Below are positions 26,701-36,149 of a stretch of 62,294 nt of DNA, one piece after another. This stretch comes from Lentisphaeria bacterium. Lineage in GTDB: Bacteria > Verrucomicrobiota > Lentisphaeria > Victivallales > UBA1829. Under the pieces are notes generated by a model. That model did not search any database, had not been told where the DNA came from, and was given only the letters and a program-made list of their open reading frames with translations. The stretch is taken from positions 1 through 62,294 of the forward strand of contig JAFSZN010000115.1 of NCBI GenBank assembly GCA_017455665.1, written 5' to 3'. Position numbers and translations under genes: made by a program. Every line of letters starts with the position of its first letter. The stretch's first letter is position 1.

Positions 26701-29700
26701 GCGCGTGAATTCTCCGCGCAGTTCTTCGGGAAGATGCTCTTCCGCGAACTTGATGGCGTCGCGCTGTAACTGCGCCGTCTTCGCGTTTCCCTTCAAGAAC
26801 TCGTCGCGGAGTTCGCCCAGACGCTTCGAAAACTCTTTCCACGAGGCCGCGCGGGCGTCCTTGTACGCCGCCGCATATCCTTCTTCGCGGCCCTTCTCGT
26901 TTTGAAGCGCGGCGTTAATCGTTTCAAGGTTCAGTTCAGACGGCTTTTTGCTCTTCGGCGGTTCCTCTTCCATGAACTGCCTGTAAAGTTCATTGAACAC
27001 ATCCGGGTTTGCCTCGGCGTACTCCGGCGTAATCGGTTCCCCGCGAGAAATCAAATCCACTACGGTGTCCTCGACTTCCGCCTGTCTGGTCGCTTCTCGC
27101 TCCGCTTTCCATTCCTCTTCCGCCTGTTTGTCACGGAATTTTTCCTCTTCAACGTGTTTTTTGTACGCGGCATAGAGGTCGGGCTTTTTCAGGTAACGGA
27201 ACGTCTCAATCAGGGCTTCTTCGATATCCAGCGGGTCGCCGCCGTATTTATTGGCGATTTCCTGCGCCAGTTCGTCCGATGCTTTCCCGTCCGCGTGAGA
27301 CAGGGCAATATCACGATTCCGCAGATATTGACTGTACCGAAGTTCGCTTTCGCGGTTCCCGCGCGGCCTCTTCTTCCCCTTTTCGCGCCATTCTTTCGCG
27401 ATAAACGTGCCGGGCCATTCGTCCGCATCGTCAAAGCGCATACTCGGACGGATAACGATGTCAAGGCCGCCGTATCCCGTGAACTCCTGCGCCTTGTTAA
27501 TCATATCGTAGTTTTCAAGAATCCACTGGTCGCGCGCCCGTTCTTTTGCCTTTTTCTTCTGCGCGGCGATTTTTTGCTTCTCTTCCTTGATTTCCATTCC
27601 GGCCATTTGGTACAGGCTCCAAGCATCGTTCTCGTCATCAATTTGGATTCCGAGCGTGCCGAGATAGAATTTGACCTGGGACGGCTCCACAAAATCCGCG
27701 CCCTCGTACTTCGGTTTCAGGATGGCGACAATATCCCGCTTATCCTCGTCGCTCATGCTGTCGAGGCTGAAACGGAGTTTCTTTTCCTGCGTCACGAATT
27801 GAAGCGTCGCCTTTCGCGCCGCATCGTTCGCGTAGGTGAACACGTCTACGCCAGCCTCTTCCAGCGCGTTCAGGATATCTTTCGCCGTACCTTCCGGCAC
27901 GACTGCCGCCTTGAACTCGTTGAGATAAACGGCCCGCTGCGGTTTCGCCTCGAAAAGCGGCGTCGGCAAGTCGCGGAGTTTCAGCAGGAATTCAGCCATG
28001 TCCTTGTAGATCGGGTTGCTGAAATTACCCAATGCCTCGGTAAGCCATTCCCGGTTCTCCCCCTTGTTCGGACCTTCCGCCATGGCGCGGAGTAAATCGG
28101 CTGCCGTATCGTACGACGGGGAAATGTGGTCTCCGGTGATGTTCGCGTTGATGTGGTCCAGCAACTCGTTGAATTCCTGCGTGACATCCTCTTTGATTTT
28201 CTTGTAGTCTTCGCCGGAAACGATTTTGTCGCGGTTCTTTTGGATTTCCGAAATACTCTTGAACTGGCGGGCCATGTTCGCGCGGATGTTGCCGACGCCA
28301 TAGAAAAATCCCTCGCTGTCCTTTACTTTTCGCGTCATAAGCCTGACGATGGTTTCGAGGTTCGCGGGCAGATAACGCCGTCTTCCGGAATTTGTGAAGC
28401 CGTCAAAAATACGTTCGTCCGGGTGCAAATCCAGTTCCGGTTCTGCCACACGAATCCACCAGTCGGCGAAATTCTCGTCACCGTCGCGGGTGTCGACGTA
28501 CCAGTTCCGCACCGCGTCCGCGTCCTTTAGATCGTCCACGAAGTCGTGGCTCGTCATACCGCTGCGGTGCTTCTTGACGATGTACTGGATAGAATCGTGT
28601 GAGTCGGGCTCGTTCAGCTCGTGCGGCGCGATAACTTCCAGAGCGCGATCGAAATCCTGCTCCGTGTAGTTCCGCTGGATTTCAGGCCGGCGCACAGAGT
28701 AGATGTCCGCGTTGAAAACCTTGTTCTTCGGATGCTTCGGGTCAATCAGATCCCGGTCGCCCACGAGCGTGATGCGCCCGTAGTCCGTGAAATCGCTCTT
28801 CTCCGCGTCAATGATTCCCAGAGACGGCACGGGAAGCGCGCCGAGTTTGATGGCGTCCCGAAGTTTCTGTTCGCTCACGTTGTGAACGGCAATCAGATTT
28901 TCGTCTTCTCCGGCCAAGCTGAAACGGATATGCTCGTCTACGCGGATATCCTTGTCAGAAAACGCCACATAGTTCCGAGAACCGGAAGCGGTTCCAATAT
29001 AAGTTACCCCATCAATTCCAGCGCGATATAAAAATTCACTCGCGGATTTCGGTGAACCAAGCAACTCTGAAAGCATATCGTAATTATAATCAAAATCACG
29101 ATAATGGAACATATCATCCGGCAAGGTGATATTTTCTTTTTTCGCCTGTTCCTTGATTTGGAATCGTTGTGTAGCATTGAATCCTTCTTCCCAATAGATA
29201 AGATTTTGATTCCGATTAGGCCAGAAAGTCTGTTTATAAAGATTCTTTTTGTTCTCGATGACGGGATTATATGTCAAATTTCCTTTCTCTACCAAATCAA
29301 AAACGTCAAGAGCGGCAGCGCGATAATTTTCAAGGTCTTGCCCCGTATAGAATCCAACAACACGTTCGGCTGCTTTTTTAATATCAGGTTTACCGGAAGA
29401 TGAATACAGATTGTATGCATCTTGTCTTAAAACGCTTAAAATAATATGCAGGATACGGCTATCATATTCATTTTTATGCGGAGCGGAATCGTAAAATTCC
29501 GTCAGATTATCTAAAGGTTTTCCATTATAGTAAATGTATCCGGTTCCAAATTTTCTATTATAGTCTGCTTCTGCGTAATCACGCCCGACATCCTCGCTGG
29601 AAGAACCGTACAACCCCCACCCGTAGACTTGATTTCCTTCACCCGTCCCGACATAGTTCAGGCTCGGCTGGTCATAGTCCGCCGCGCTTCCGGTATAGAT

Positions 29701-32700
29701 AGGGGAAACGCTGAACCGCGTCTTGATGACGTCGCCTTTTTCCAGCCCGAACGATTCCAGATCAATCGCGCCGCCCTTCCGCTTATACGGTTTCCGTCCT
29801 GCTTTTTTCAGGATTTCTTCCACGTCGGCATCGTCAAGGATGCGCGTCACCCTCATGGCCCCGGTAATCATCCATGCTTCCGTCTTCGGGTCTGGGTTCG
29901 TCCGGTAGCGATAGAATCCGTCTTTCGGGACGCGCGGCAGTCCGGCTTTCGCGTGTTCGAAATTCCCGTTCTTGTTATATCCGTAGCTCATGGCCTCTTG
30001 CTGATAGTCCACGTCTGCGGCAATCTCGCACTCCGCCCACACGAAATTATCCGGGAAAAGGTCCTTTTCTCCTGTTTCCGGGTTTTTCGTCATAAACTGG
30101 TTCGCAACCGGGACTTCTCCAAGATGCCAGCCGGGACGATAGGCAAGTGTCTGTTTTCCAACGTTCGTTCCCTTGCCCCCGGCCTGTACCCGTTTCCGCC
30201 CCGTTTTGCTGTCTGCCGCGCGCGGTGCGGCGTCCGCGTTGAGCCAGATGCCGACCGGGGTAGATTCGCCGCCCGGATTTGCCACCATCGGCGGGAACAG
30301 TTCGCCCGGCTTACTCTTTTTTACTGCGAAAACCTTATAGCCCTTCAAGGTCTTCTTCGGCGGGTCTTCCTCGCGGATGCTGAAACGCACGTCCTCACCC
30401 GTTTCCGCCACGCTGAAACGAACAATCTGGTCTTCTCTCGGAACGTCCTCTGTCTCGCTCGGCGCGTGTTTGCGGTTGAATTCGGGATCGCTCCGCATTT
30501 TCAGATTCCGCATTTCCACGTTCCGCGCCTCGACTTCTCCCGCGCTTCTGCGATAACGGCTGAAATCGCTGGAAAGATATTTCATGCGCGCGTCAAGGGT
30601 GTGCAAATCCGTTGCCAACCACAGGAACGCGCTGAAATTATGAAATCTGTTGTCGGCGTTTTCGGGGACGGTTTTCTTGAAAAGGTCTGCCGCGTGTTGA
30701 TAGAAGTCGCGGTTCCCCTTGAAAACATCACGTTGAAGCCAGTCGTCAATCGTCCACAAGAGGCCGTACCCGCTGGGAATCTGGTCGGTCAGGGCCTTAA
30801 ATTCGTCATGCTTCCGGTTATATTCCGTCTTGGCTTGAAGAAATGCCGGGTCATCGTAATCGGTCATGGAACGGACGGAAACAAGATTCTGGCCGCCGGA
30901 GAATCCTTCCATGTGCTGAATTGCGTGCTGAACTTCATGAACAAGCACATTGTTGATACTTTCCTCGAAGTCTGCAAGCAAGTCCTTGATATTCGCCTCG
31001 ATGCGCGCGGCCTCTTCCGGCGTTTTCGCGTCGCGTTTGTCCGCTTCCATATCGTTCAGCGCGTCAAAGTCGTGGTCGGTCAGAAGCGTCTTGTTGATGG
31101 CGATAATCTTGTTTTTCTTGTCGTGATACCCCGCTTCCCCGCGAGGAAGCGGGACTACGGCGATACGGTATTGTTTCAGGTCGGGATATGCGCTGAAAAG
31201 TTCCGGTGCGCTGAAATATCCGTCCACAGGGCCGTCATAGTCGATCAGGGCGTTATAGTTCCCGCCCGCGGTCAGTTCGTCCGTTTTCAGGCGCACGTCC
31301 GGCGCTTCCATGCGCCAGTAGGTATCTTTCCCGCGTTCCCATCCGGTCGCCGCCCAGATTGTTTTCCGGTCGAATCCGGCCTTTTCCATTTCTTTCGCGC
31401 GGTTCAGATTGTCAAGATTCATCTGCGCTCTTGTCGCGCCGTCTTCCCCGATTAAGGCAAACCGGATATGTTCGTCTACGCGGATATCCTTGTCGGAAAA
31501 CGCGACATAGTTCTGTTCGCGGGACGAATCCCCGATGTACGTTATACCGTCAATCCCGGCACGATACAGGAATTCACTCGCTGCTTTGGGCGAATTGAAT
31601 ACGTCCGCAAGCTGTTTGTAGACATATTTCCCTTGTGCCTCGTAGAAATCAAGATATTTTTCCAGATAATCGCGCATCACGTCCGGCGCATAATAGAATT
31701 CTTTTTCGAATTCTTCCCCGTCAATCGCCGCGTCAACGCCGCGCTCTGCGTTTACATAATCAATCAGGCGGGGATTGTCATGCTCTTTCGCAAGGGCGTC
31801 AAGAATCTGGTTTGCCTGTTCTTCGGGAATAGTCTCATCCCAATCCAGCAGATTTTCTTCCTTGTCCGGCCAGAACGTTTGTTTATACAGGTTGTGCGGC
31901 TTCGTTTCCTCGATATCGGTAATCTCGATTTTCGACAGCACGTTTTCTGCTGCGGCAAATGTCTGTTCGCGGTCAACCTTTTCACCGAGGAATTTGGAAA
32001 AATTCAGATTGTCTTCCGTCTGTTGATACAGTTCGTTTTCAAGGTCGGCGCGGCTGATTCTGTTTCTGCGTCCGTAGATAATGTTCCAAGCCATTCGGAG
32101 AATGGAACGTTCTTCTTCGGAAAGATTCGGGAAGGATTTTTCGTCAATATCGGTCTTGTTTGAGATTGGAACGCCGTCAAAGACGAACTTGCGGAGCGTC
32201 CCGATTCCTTTTCTGTCAACATCGGTTTCCGCATACCACTCCGCAACCCCGCGCGAGGTGCTTCCGTACAGCCCCCAGCCGTACACTTGCGCGCCCTCTC
32301 CGGTGCCGACATAGTTCAGGCTTGGCTGGCCGTAATCCGCCGCGCTTCCCGTCCAAACCGGGGAAATGCTGAAACGTGCCGCGCCGGGATTCTTGCGCTG
32401 TGCGCGCATGGCGCGCGCGGATCGCATCAGCGCGTGTTCGATATCGGCGTCAGAGAAATGGATGTTCGGAAAGACCTTCCGCAGGAAGTCGCGTATTGTA
32501 GAAAGAAATTCTTTCCACCAACTCGGTTTGACATTCGATTCTGCAATCCTCGCCAGATATTCGTCCGCAAGATAACGCTGTCCTTCCACGGTTTCGTCTG
32601 TCGTGTTGTAAAGATCGGAAAGGCCGATTTTCGCAATTTCCTCGTGATGCGTTTTATACACGTCGTCAAGAAAACTGTCAAACTTCTCACCGAAAACGCG

Positions 32701-34512
32701 CCGAAGCCCAGCATGTCCTATGACTTCATGTAGAATCCGTTTTTCCACATCACTTGGCGGGGTTGTTTTCCCAACAACAAAGACATCACCGTCACACCAT
32801 GTGGCGCGAATATACGCGGGGTCAACGCCTCGAATCTGTGCGTCAAGTTTTGCCTCGTCCGGCAAATCATCAAATTTCTCAACGGCACGAATCTGAATCC
32901 CCGGAAACTGTTTTGCTACTTCGTTTACGCGGTCAATAGTGTCCTGAATATTCCATTTGACTTCATGCCGGTACAGATAACTGTTCAATCCCTCTTTTGC
33001 GTTTTGTTCCCGTTTGGCCGCCGCGCGTTTCTCGCGCTCTTCGTCCGTTAGTTCGGCGTCTTCTTCCTCTTCTTCGATTGCTCTGGCATCGTCCATAATG
33101 CCGAGTTCAATGGCGGCCTGTCTTGCTTGCATAGGGTCGCCGGAATCCTCGATTGTATGCAGTAAGCCAAGTTCCTTTTCCTCGTCTTCGGTCAGTTCGC
33201 CTTTTTCGGTCAGTTCGTGGATGCGGGTGCTGACTTTTTCCCGCGCCGCCTCGGTCGCCTCTGCGACTTCCCGAAGATTGTTATAGGAATCATAGGCCAG
33301 CGGTCCGCCAGTTACCGCGCCGAGAAACGCCGCTTCCGGGACGCCCTTGAAGATTGCCTTGATATAATCGGACTCTGTGAAATTGGTCGTGTCCGTCACG
33401 CCCATAGCAATATCGAGGATGTTTTCCGCGATCTCTTCAAGGGTTTCTTCTCCGCCCTCTTTCGCCGCCGCGAATCCGTAATGTTTCAGGAATCCGGCCA
33501 GCCCCTTCTTGATTCCTTCTTTCGCGACCTTTTCCGAAACTTTCCCTTCGACAATGCCGAGCGTAATCTTTTCGAGGACGCCGTTAATCAGGCCGATGCC
33601 GAAGCCATAAATTAACGCTTTCCCTTCGTCCATGCCGTATTCGTCCCGCGCGTCATAATACCCGCCGATGCCGTAAACCGCGCCGATTCCCGTGGCGCCG
33701 ACGCCTGTGGCCGCAAGACCGACTTGCGCGGCCAGCTGCGGGGTGTAATTCACAACGGCGATTCCGGCATTTGCCAGCCAGTCCCCGAACGAATCCGAAT
33801 TGGTCATCCAGTCTTCCGGCAAATCCATGTTCTGTGCCGCCCATTCCCGGATAGGTTCGTAATGCTCTTTGTAGACGCCTCGGATTTTATTTTCGACATC
33901 CTTCCCGGCCTTTTCGCCGGACGGAATCATTTCGGCGGCCTGCGGAAGCCCCTGCGCCATAAGTTCGGCGCGCGCGTTCTCGTTTGCGCCCCATACAAAG
34001 AGTTTTGCCAGAAACGCCGCCGTGTTGAACGTCGCCTTGGCAACTTCCCCTTCGCCCTCGACGACTGCCGCCACGGCGCGGTTCTCCCAAAAACCTTTCT
34101 CCGCTTTCGGCTGGTAAATCTGCGCGATACTGTTGTAAGCCTGTTCCACGGACATCGGTTTCCCCTCGAACTTCTCAATGGCCGCTTCAAGGTTGTCAAA
34201 AACGAAATCCGCCGCTTCCGGGTGGTTCATGCTGTAATAGCGGGACAGCGCGATACGCTTTTTCTTCTCTTCCGCGCCAGCTGGGTCGGACTGTAAAATT
34301 GCCTCGATAGCCGCGCGGTTCTCTGCCGGAACACATGCAAGCGGGTCTTCCACGAAACTGTCACGGATTGCCGCGCGCTCCCGCAGTGTCGGGCCGTTCT
34401 GCTGTTTCCGCTGCTCCGCGAAATATTCCCACGGCTTGACGTCTTCGCTGTTATCCTGCGCCGGCGCAGTTCCGCCGCCGAACATTTCCCACGGTTTGAT
34501 GTTGTTATCCAT
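23704..34512 (-). CDS. giant (3602 aa) internal-virion/polyvalent-type protein with two HExxH zincin motifs
   Basis: Single uninterrupted 10.8-kb ORF at the T7 gp16 position. HEVIGH lies at 32713-32730 and HEVQHAIQH at 30925-30939. Has a Gly-rich hydrophobic N-terminal segment and duplicated modules (SP[VI][WY]TGSAADY.QPSLNYVGTGEG...SPK.ASEFLYRAGIDG.TYIG...YVAFSDKDIRVDEHIRF). Confidence 0.85.
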   Translation of the reverse strand: MDNNIKPWEMFGGGTAPAQDNSEDVKPWEYFAEQRKQQNGPTLRERAAIRDSFVEDPLACVPAENRAAIEAILQSDPAGAEEKKKRIALSRYYSMNHPEAADFVFDNLEAAIEKFEGKPMSVEQAYNSIAQIYQPKAEKGFWENRAVAAVVEGEGEVAKATFNTAAFLAKLFVWGANENARAELMAQGLPQAAEMIPSGEKAGKDVENKIRGVYKEHYEPIREWAAQNMDLPEDWMTNSDSFGDWLANAGIAVVNYTPQLAAQVGLAATGVGATGIGAVYGIGGYYDARDEYGMDEGKALIYGFGIGLINGVLEKITLGIVEGKVSEKVAKEGIKKGLAGFLKHYGFAAAKEGGEETLEEIAENILDIAMGVTDTTNFTESDYIKAIFKGVPEAAFLGAVTGGPLAYDSYNNLREVAEATEAAREKVSTRIHELTEKGELTEDEEKELGLLHTIEDSGDPMQARQAAIELGIMDDARAIEEEEEDAELTDEEREKRAAAKREQNAKEGLNSYLYRHEVKWNIQDTIDRVNEVAKQFPGIQIRAVEKFDDLPDEAKLDAQIRGVDPAYIRATWCDGDVFVVGKTTPPSDVEKRILHEVIGHAGLRRVFGEKFDSFLDDVYKTHHEEIAKIGLSDLYNTTDETVEGQRYLADEYLARIAESNVKPSWWKEFLSTIRDFLRKVFPNIHFSDADIEHALMRSARAMRAQRKNPGAARFSISPVWTGSAADYGQPSLNYVGTGEGAQVYGWGLYGSTSRGVAEWYAETDVDRKGIGTLRKFVFDGVPISNKTDIDEKSFPNLSEEERSILRMAWNIIYGRRNRISRADLENELYQQTEDNLNFSKFLGEKVDREQTFAAAENVLSKIEITDIEETKPHNLYKQTFWPDKEENLLDWDETIPEEQANQILDALAKEHDNPRLIDYVNAERGVDAAIDGEEFEKEFYYAPDVMRDYLEKYLDFYEAQGKYVYKQLADVFNSPKAASEFLYRAGIDGITYIGDSSREQNYVAFSDKDIRVDEHIRFALIGEDGATRAQMNLDNLNRAKEMEKAGFDRKTIWAATGWERGKDTYWRMEAPDVRLKTDELTAGGNYNALIDYDGPVDGYFSAPELFSAYPDLKQYRIAVVPLPRGEAGYHDKKNKIIAINKTLLTDHDFDALNDMEADKRDAKTPEEAARIEANIKDLLADFEESINNVLVHEVQHAIQHMEGFSGGQNLVSVRSMTDYDDPAFLQAKTEYNRKHDEFKALTDQIPSGYGLLWTIDDWLQRDVFKGNRDFYQHAADLFKKTVPENADNRFHNFSAFLWLATDLHTLDARMKYLSSDFSRYRRSAGEVEARNVEMRNLKMRSDPEFNRKHAPSETEDVPREDQIVRFSVAETGEDVRFSIREEDPPKKTLKGYKVFAVKKSKPGELFPPMVANPGGESTPVGIWLNADAAPRAADSKTGRKRVQAGGKGTNVGKQTLAYRPGWHLGEVPVANQFMTKNPETGEKDLFPDNFVWAECEIAADVDYQQEAMSYGYNKNGNFEHAKAGLPRVPKDGFYRYRTNPDPKTEAWMITGAMRVTRILDDADVEEILKKAGRKPYKRKGGAIDLESFGLEKGDVIKTRFSVSPIYTGSAADYDQPSLNYVGTGEGNQVYGWGLYGSSSEDVGRDYAEADYNRKFGTGYIYYNGKPLDNLTEFYDSAPHKNEYDSRILHIILSVLRQDAYNLYSSSGKPDIKKAAERVVGFYTGQDLENYRAAALDVFDLVEKGNLTYNPVIENKKNLYKQTFWPNRNQNLIYWEEGFNATQRFQIKEQAKKENITLPDDMFHYRDFDYNYDMLSELLGSPKSASEFLYRAGIDGVTYIGTASGSRNYVAFSDKDIRVDEHIRFSLAGEDENLIAVHNVSEQKLRDAIKLGALPVPSLGIIDAEKSDFTDYGRITLVGDRDLIDPKHPKNKVFNADIYSVRRPEIQRNYTEQDFDRALEVIAPHELNEPDSHDSIQYIVKKHRSGMTSHDFVDDLKDADAVRNWYVDTRDGDENFADWWIRVAEPELDLHPDERIFDGFTNSGRRRYLPANLETIVRLMTRKVKDSEGFFYGVGNIRANMARQFKSISEIQKNRDKIVSGEDYKKIKEDVTQEFNELLDHINANITGDHISPSYDTAADLLRAMAEGPNKGENREWLTEALGNFSNPIYKDMAEFLLKLRDLPTPLFEAKPQRAVYLNEFKAAVVPEGTAKDILNALEEAGVDVFTYANDAARKATLQFVTQEKKLRFSLDSMSDEDKRDIVAILKPKYEGADFVEPSQVKFYLGTLGIQIDDENDAWSLYQMAGMEIKEEKQKIAAQKKKAKERARDQWILENYDMINKAQEFTGYGGLDIVIRPSMRFDDADEWPGTFIAKEWREKGKKRPRGNRESELRYSQYLRNRDIALSHADGKASDELAQEIANKYGGDPLDIEEALIETFRYLKKPDLYAAYKKHVEEEKFRDKQAEEEWKAEREATRQAEVEDTVVDLISRGEPITPEYAEANPDVFNELYRQFMEEEPPKSKKPSELNLETINAALQNEKGREEGYAAAYKDARAASWKEFSKRLGELRDEFLKGNAKTAQLQRDAIKFAEEHLPEELRGEFTRGIVRLLEYGTSPTKKYPEGKRLAMYHKLMDDILTASKKKRAETSIENIREMLDAAKMKRNWKGIPVSIIPSEQAHVDRIRKIVDMNPATVANAVDYNNERIAALEMQLDSLSADEDRADIEAEIKQHTEDNALLEMFGNLPYLPVEQVKTAENMLKNLIKKGKIDLKTQLGARFAEAEKLRRQAIDDATFGKNYVPDNSDAKNHLTYMLKTSSLSNLMRIASGKSIQDFDDSYAGKLWNRIEDSTQTEQTSTRRLQNDFDAALEDYAGVTGNVLAKMRKKGKLLREMKTVTKKTGVFKTEYSRIVKVDEAAVTEGQRRKVVREMVPVDDYEYMGQKMPGARSILRAIENGEPALIPTKLGGTRELLLDETGVFFLRKQLEDYDAGIKRTYEVFTDKGDQEAYNKLQEEEGTYKIMLLSHAANESAAKVEVPLSQGSALQILLTWEQEDFRPNMLWNGWTEESIEQIKKFLKPETKKLGEWMRDYIAKNRDALDAEVYNRYGAHLPKNPNYWPGVFRGSMANEPTSGPRGAGMMTINPSFLIARRFHLKPLDMDADAFTTFFNNQIGQAHFLAWSDTIRQLREVYGNQRVQKAINDNFGKDVTREIVEQIGTLARGGQMISSEWYNKYIFNELYRYWVPAKIAVNLSSIIKQGLGVLSYTNDVPIIPFVKNLSKANFTNKDFREFVRWAKDSDYIKNRKAGGLDRDLIYMLSDAKDSKQYSPMMDAILAASTWGTKAADVWSALHGGYAVYQYAKEQAKQRGLNETEAERAARRAWMRATDETQQSGYLKDLNYFQQNQGLIRYLTAFRANPIQLMNLELRTLRELKYGEDKAAAKKKLARQLLVNHIVVPTMMQFVTDMLRYGLDVFDDAEIEDYFIAWLFGPFESGVLYFQLANKLVNIAADKIIRGKSSVKSTFNAVPLAEDIERDVSNLIELAGDDEITADEAMDGIKAAGDIGMAIGAWYAPAGPIGTAVSALATQGKRIWKLFNRDEENGGNK

Positions 34513-36146
34513 TATTTTTTACTCCAACTTCTTTCATCGGCGGGGTCGCCGCCCTTGAAAATGTAGCCGCCGAACGTGTCGCCCGGCTGCGGTCTGAATC
34601 CGGTCTGCGCCTTGTCGCGGATGTAGCGCGGCGTCATGATGAACTTGATTTCGCCGTCATTCAGCTGACCAACGCGCTTCTTTACTTCCTCGATGACTTC
34701 GGTTCCGGTTTTCCCTTTGCGGAGCATTTCCCGCGCCATTTCGTGGATTTCGTAATACCGGGCTTGCATAAACTTCTGGTCTTTGACTTTGTTGAAAAGG
34801 CCGGACGGGTCATAAGAAAGCCCCTTGATTTGAACGCCGTCCCGATAGGACTTTTCGATATACTGCTGAACCAGTTTCCCGTCCGGGGTCGTGAACTCGC
34901 TCTTGCCGGATAGTCCGTCCTGCATCTGCGAATCAAGATGTTTCATCAGCTCGTTCAAATCAGAGGAATCATTGACGGATTTCAGGATTTCGCTCCAAAT
35001 CTGCTCACGCTGCGCCCATGCCGCGTTCGGGTCGCTGGAAAACCATGTGTTGGAGATTTTATAATTCCAGTGGTCTTTCTCGATAGTTTCCTGTTCACGC
35101 TGCAAACGCTTCGCTTCGTTGGCCGCCTGTTTCGCCTCGTTCTTCTCCGCTTTCGCCTCGGCTTTTGCGGCCTTTTCCGCGCTGGCGATTGCCGAGTTGT
35201 AGGACTTCACCCACCCCATATAGCGGTTAAATTGTTCCTCGGTGATGATATCGGCGTCCTTCGCGGCGATAAGACTGTCTTCGGTCGGGACGCGGCCTTG
35301 ATTGATTTCCGCCAGAACATGGGCGTCCCGCTCCGTTTCCTTCTGCGTCTTGGCGGTCTTTGCCACGCGAATAAGCTGGTCGCGGTAGTCTTCCGTGATG
35401 TTCTTGAAGTTCACGAAATTGCCGTCCGAATCGCGCTCTTTCAGGCGTTCCAGAATCGATTTGGCTTGAACCGGAGATTCGGAATCAGCCGCCGCGTCAA
35501 CCAGCCGTTTCGCCGCCGCGCTGTCGGCCAGTTTGCCGTATTCCACGTTGCGGATGTTGTATTCCTCTTCCGAAATCAGCGTTCCCTTGTGTTCGTCCAG
35601 AATCCGCTTATATTCCGCCTCGTCTCCGCGCTGTGCCGCGTCTTTCAGGAGCGTTTGCATCATGTTGTAGTCAGCCGTGACTTTCGCCTGAATCCCGATT
35701 TTTCTCCGCTGGCTTAAACTGTCGATGCGGATACCTTCCATTTCCGCGTTGAACTGGTTGCGGAAAGGCGTCGTCATCTGTTCCGTGTACTGCCGCACCT
35801 CGTCAAGATACCGCTGGTCGGCCTCGTCCGCCCATTTGGAATATTCCTTGAAATCGGCTGGATTCGAGGCCATTCTGTTTTCCAGTTCCTCGTTGATGGC
35901 GCGGTACAGATTACGCGCGTTTGTCGCGGCCAGCTTGTTTTGTGTGTCAGCCTCGCGCTCCACGAATTCCCGCCCGGCTGCATATAACTCCAGCGCACCG
36001 CGTCCGAGATCTTCGAGGCCGTTTCCGGCATCCCGCAAGGCGCGGGACGTATCCATACCGAAGTCCATGCCCGGCGCGCCGCGCATACGGACACCGTTTT
36101 CAACATGCGGGACATACCCGCGTTCGCTCATCGGAATTCTCGGCAT
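34512..36146 (-). CDS. internal virion (ejection) protein, gp15-position, coiled-coil rich
   Basis: 544 aa, Lys/Glu/Ala-rich helical. Its stop overlaps the giant gene's ATG (TAATG). The call is positional. Confidence 0.55.
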   Translation of the reverse strand: MPRIPMSERGYVPHVENGVRMRGAPGMDFGMDTSRALRDAGNGLEDLGRGALELYAAGREFVEREADTQNKLAATNARNLYRAINEELENRMASNPADFKEYSKWADEADQRYLDEVRQYTEQMTTPFRNQFNAEMEGIRIDSLSQRRKIGIQAKVTADYNMMQTLLKDAAQRGDEAEYKRILDEHKGTLISEEEYNIRNVEYGKLADSAAAKRLVDAAADSESPVQAKSILERLKERDSDGNFVNFKNITEDYRDQLIRVAKTAKTQKETERDAHVLAEINQGRVPTEDSLIAAKDADIITEEQFNRYMGWVKSYNSAIASAEKAAKAEAKAEKNEAKQAANEAKRLQREQETIEKDHWNYKISNTWFSSDPNAAWAQREQIWSEILKSVNDSSDLNELMKHLDSQMQDGLSGKSEFTTPDGKLVQQYIEKSYRDGVQIKGLSYDPSGLFNKVKDQKFMQARYYEIHEMAREMLRKGKTGTEVIEEVKKRVGQLNDGEIKFIMTPRYIRDKAQTGFRPQPGDTFGGYIFKGGDPADERSWSKK

Positions 36147-36149
36147 AGC

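Noticed and set aside
23692-34296. Numerous plus-strand ORFs inside the giant gene (for example 24349..25380, 26902..28095, 29629..31455)
   Set aside because: They lie antisense to a single continuous 3602-codon frame with conserved motifs. The similar peptides among them (MLVYADILV.. and MFVYADILV..) simply mirror the internal duplication of the real gene.
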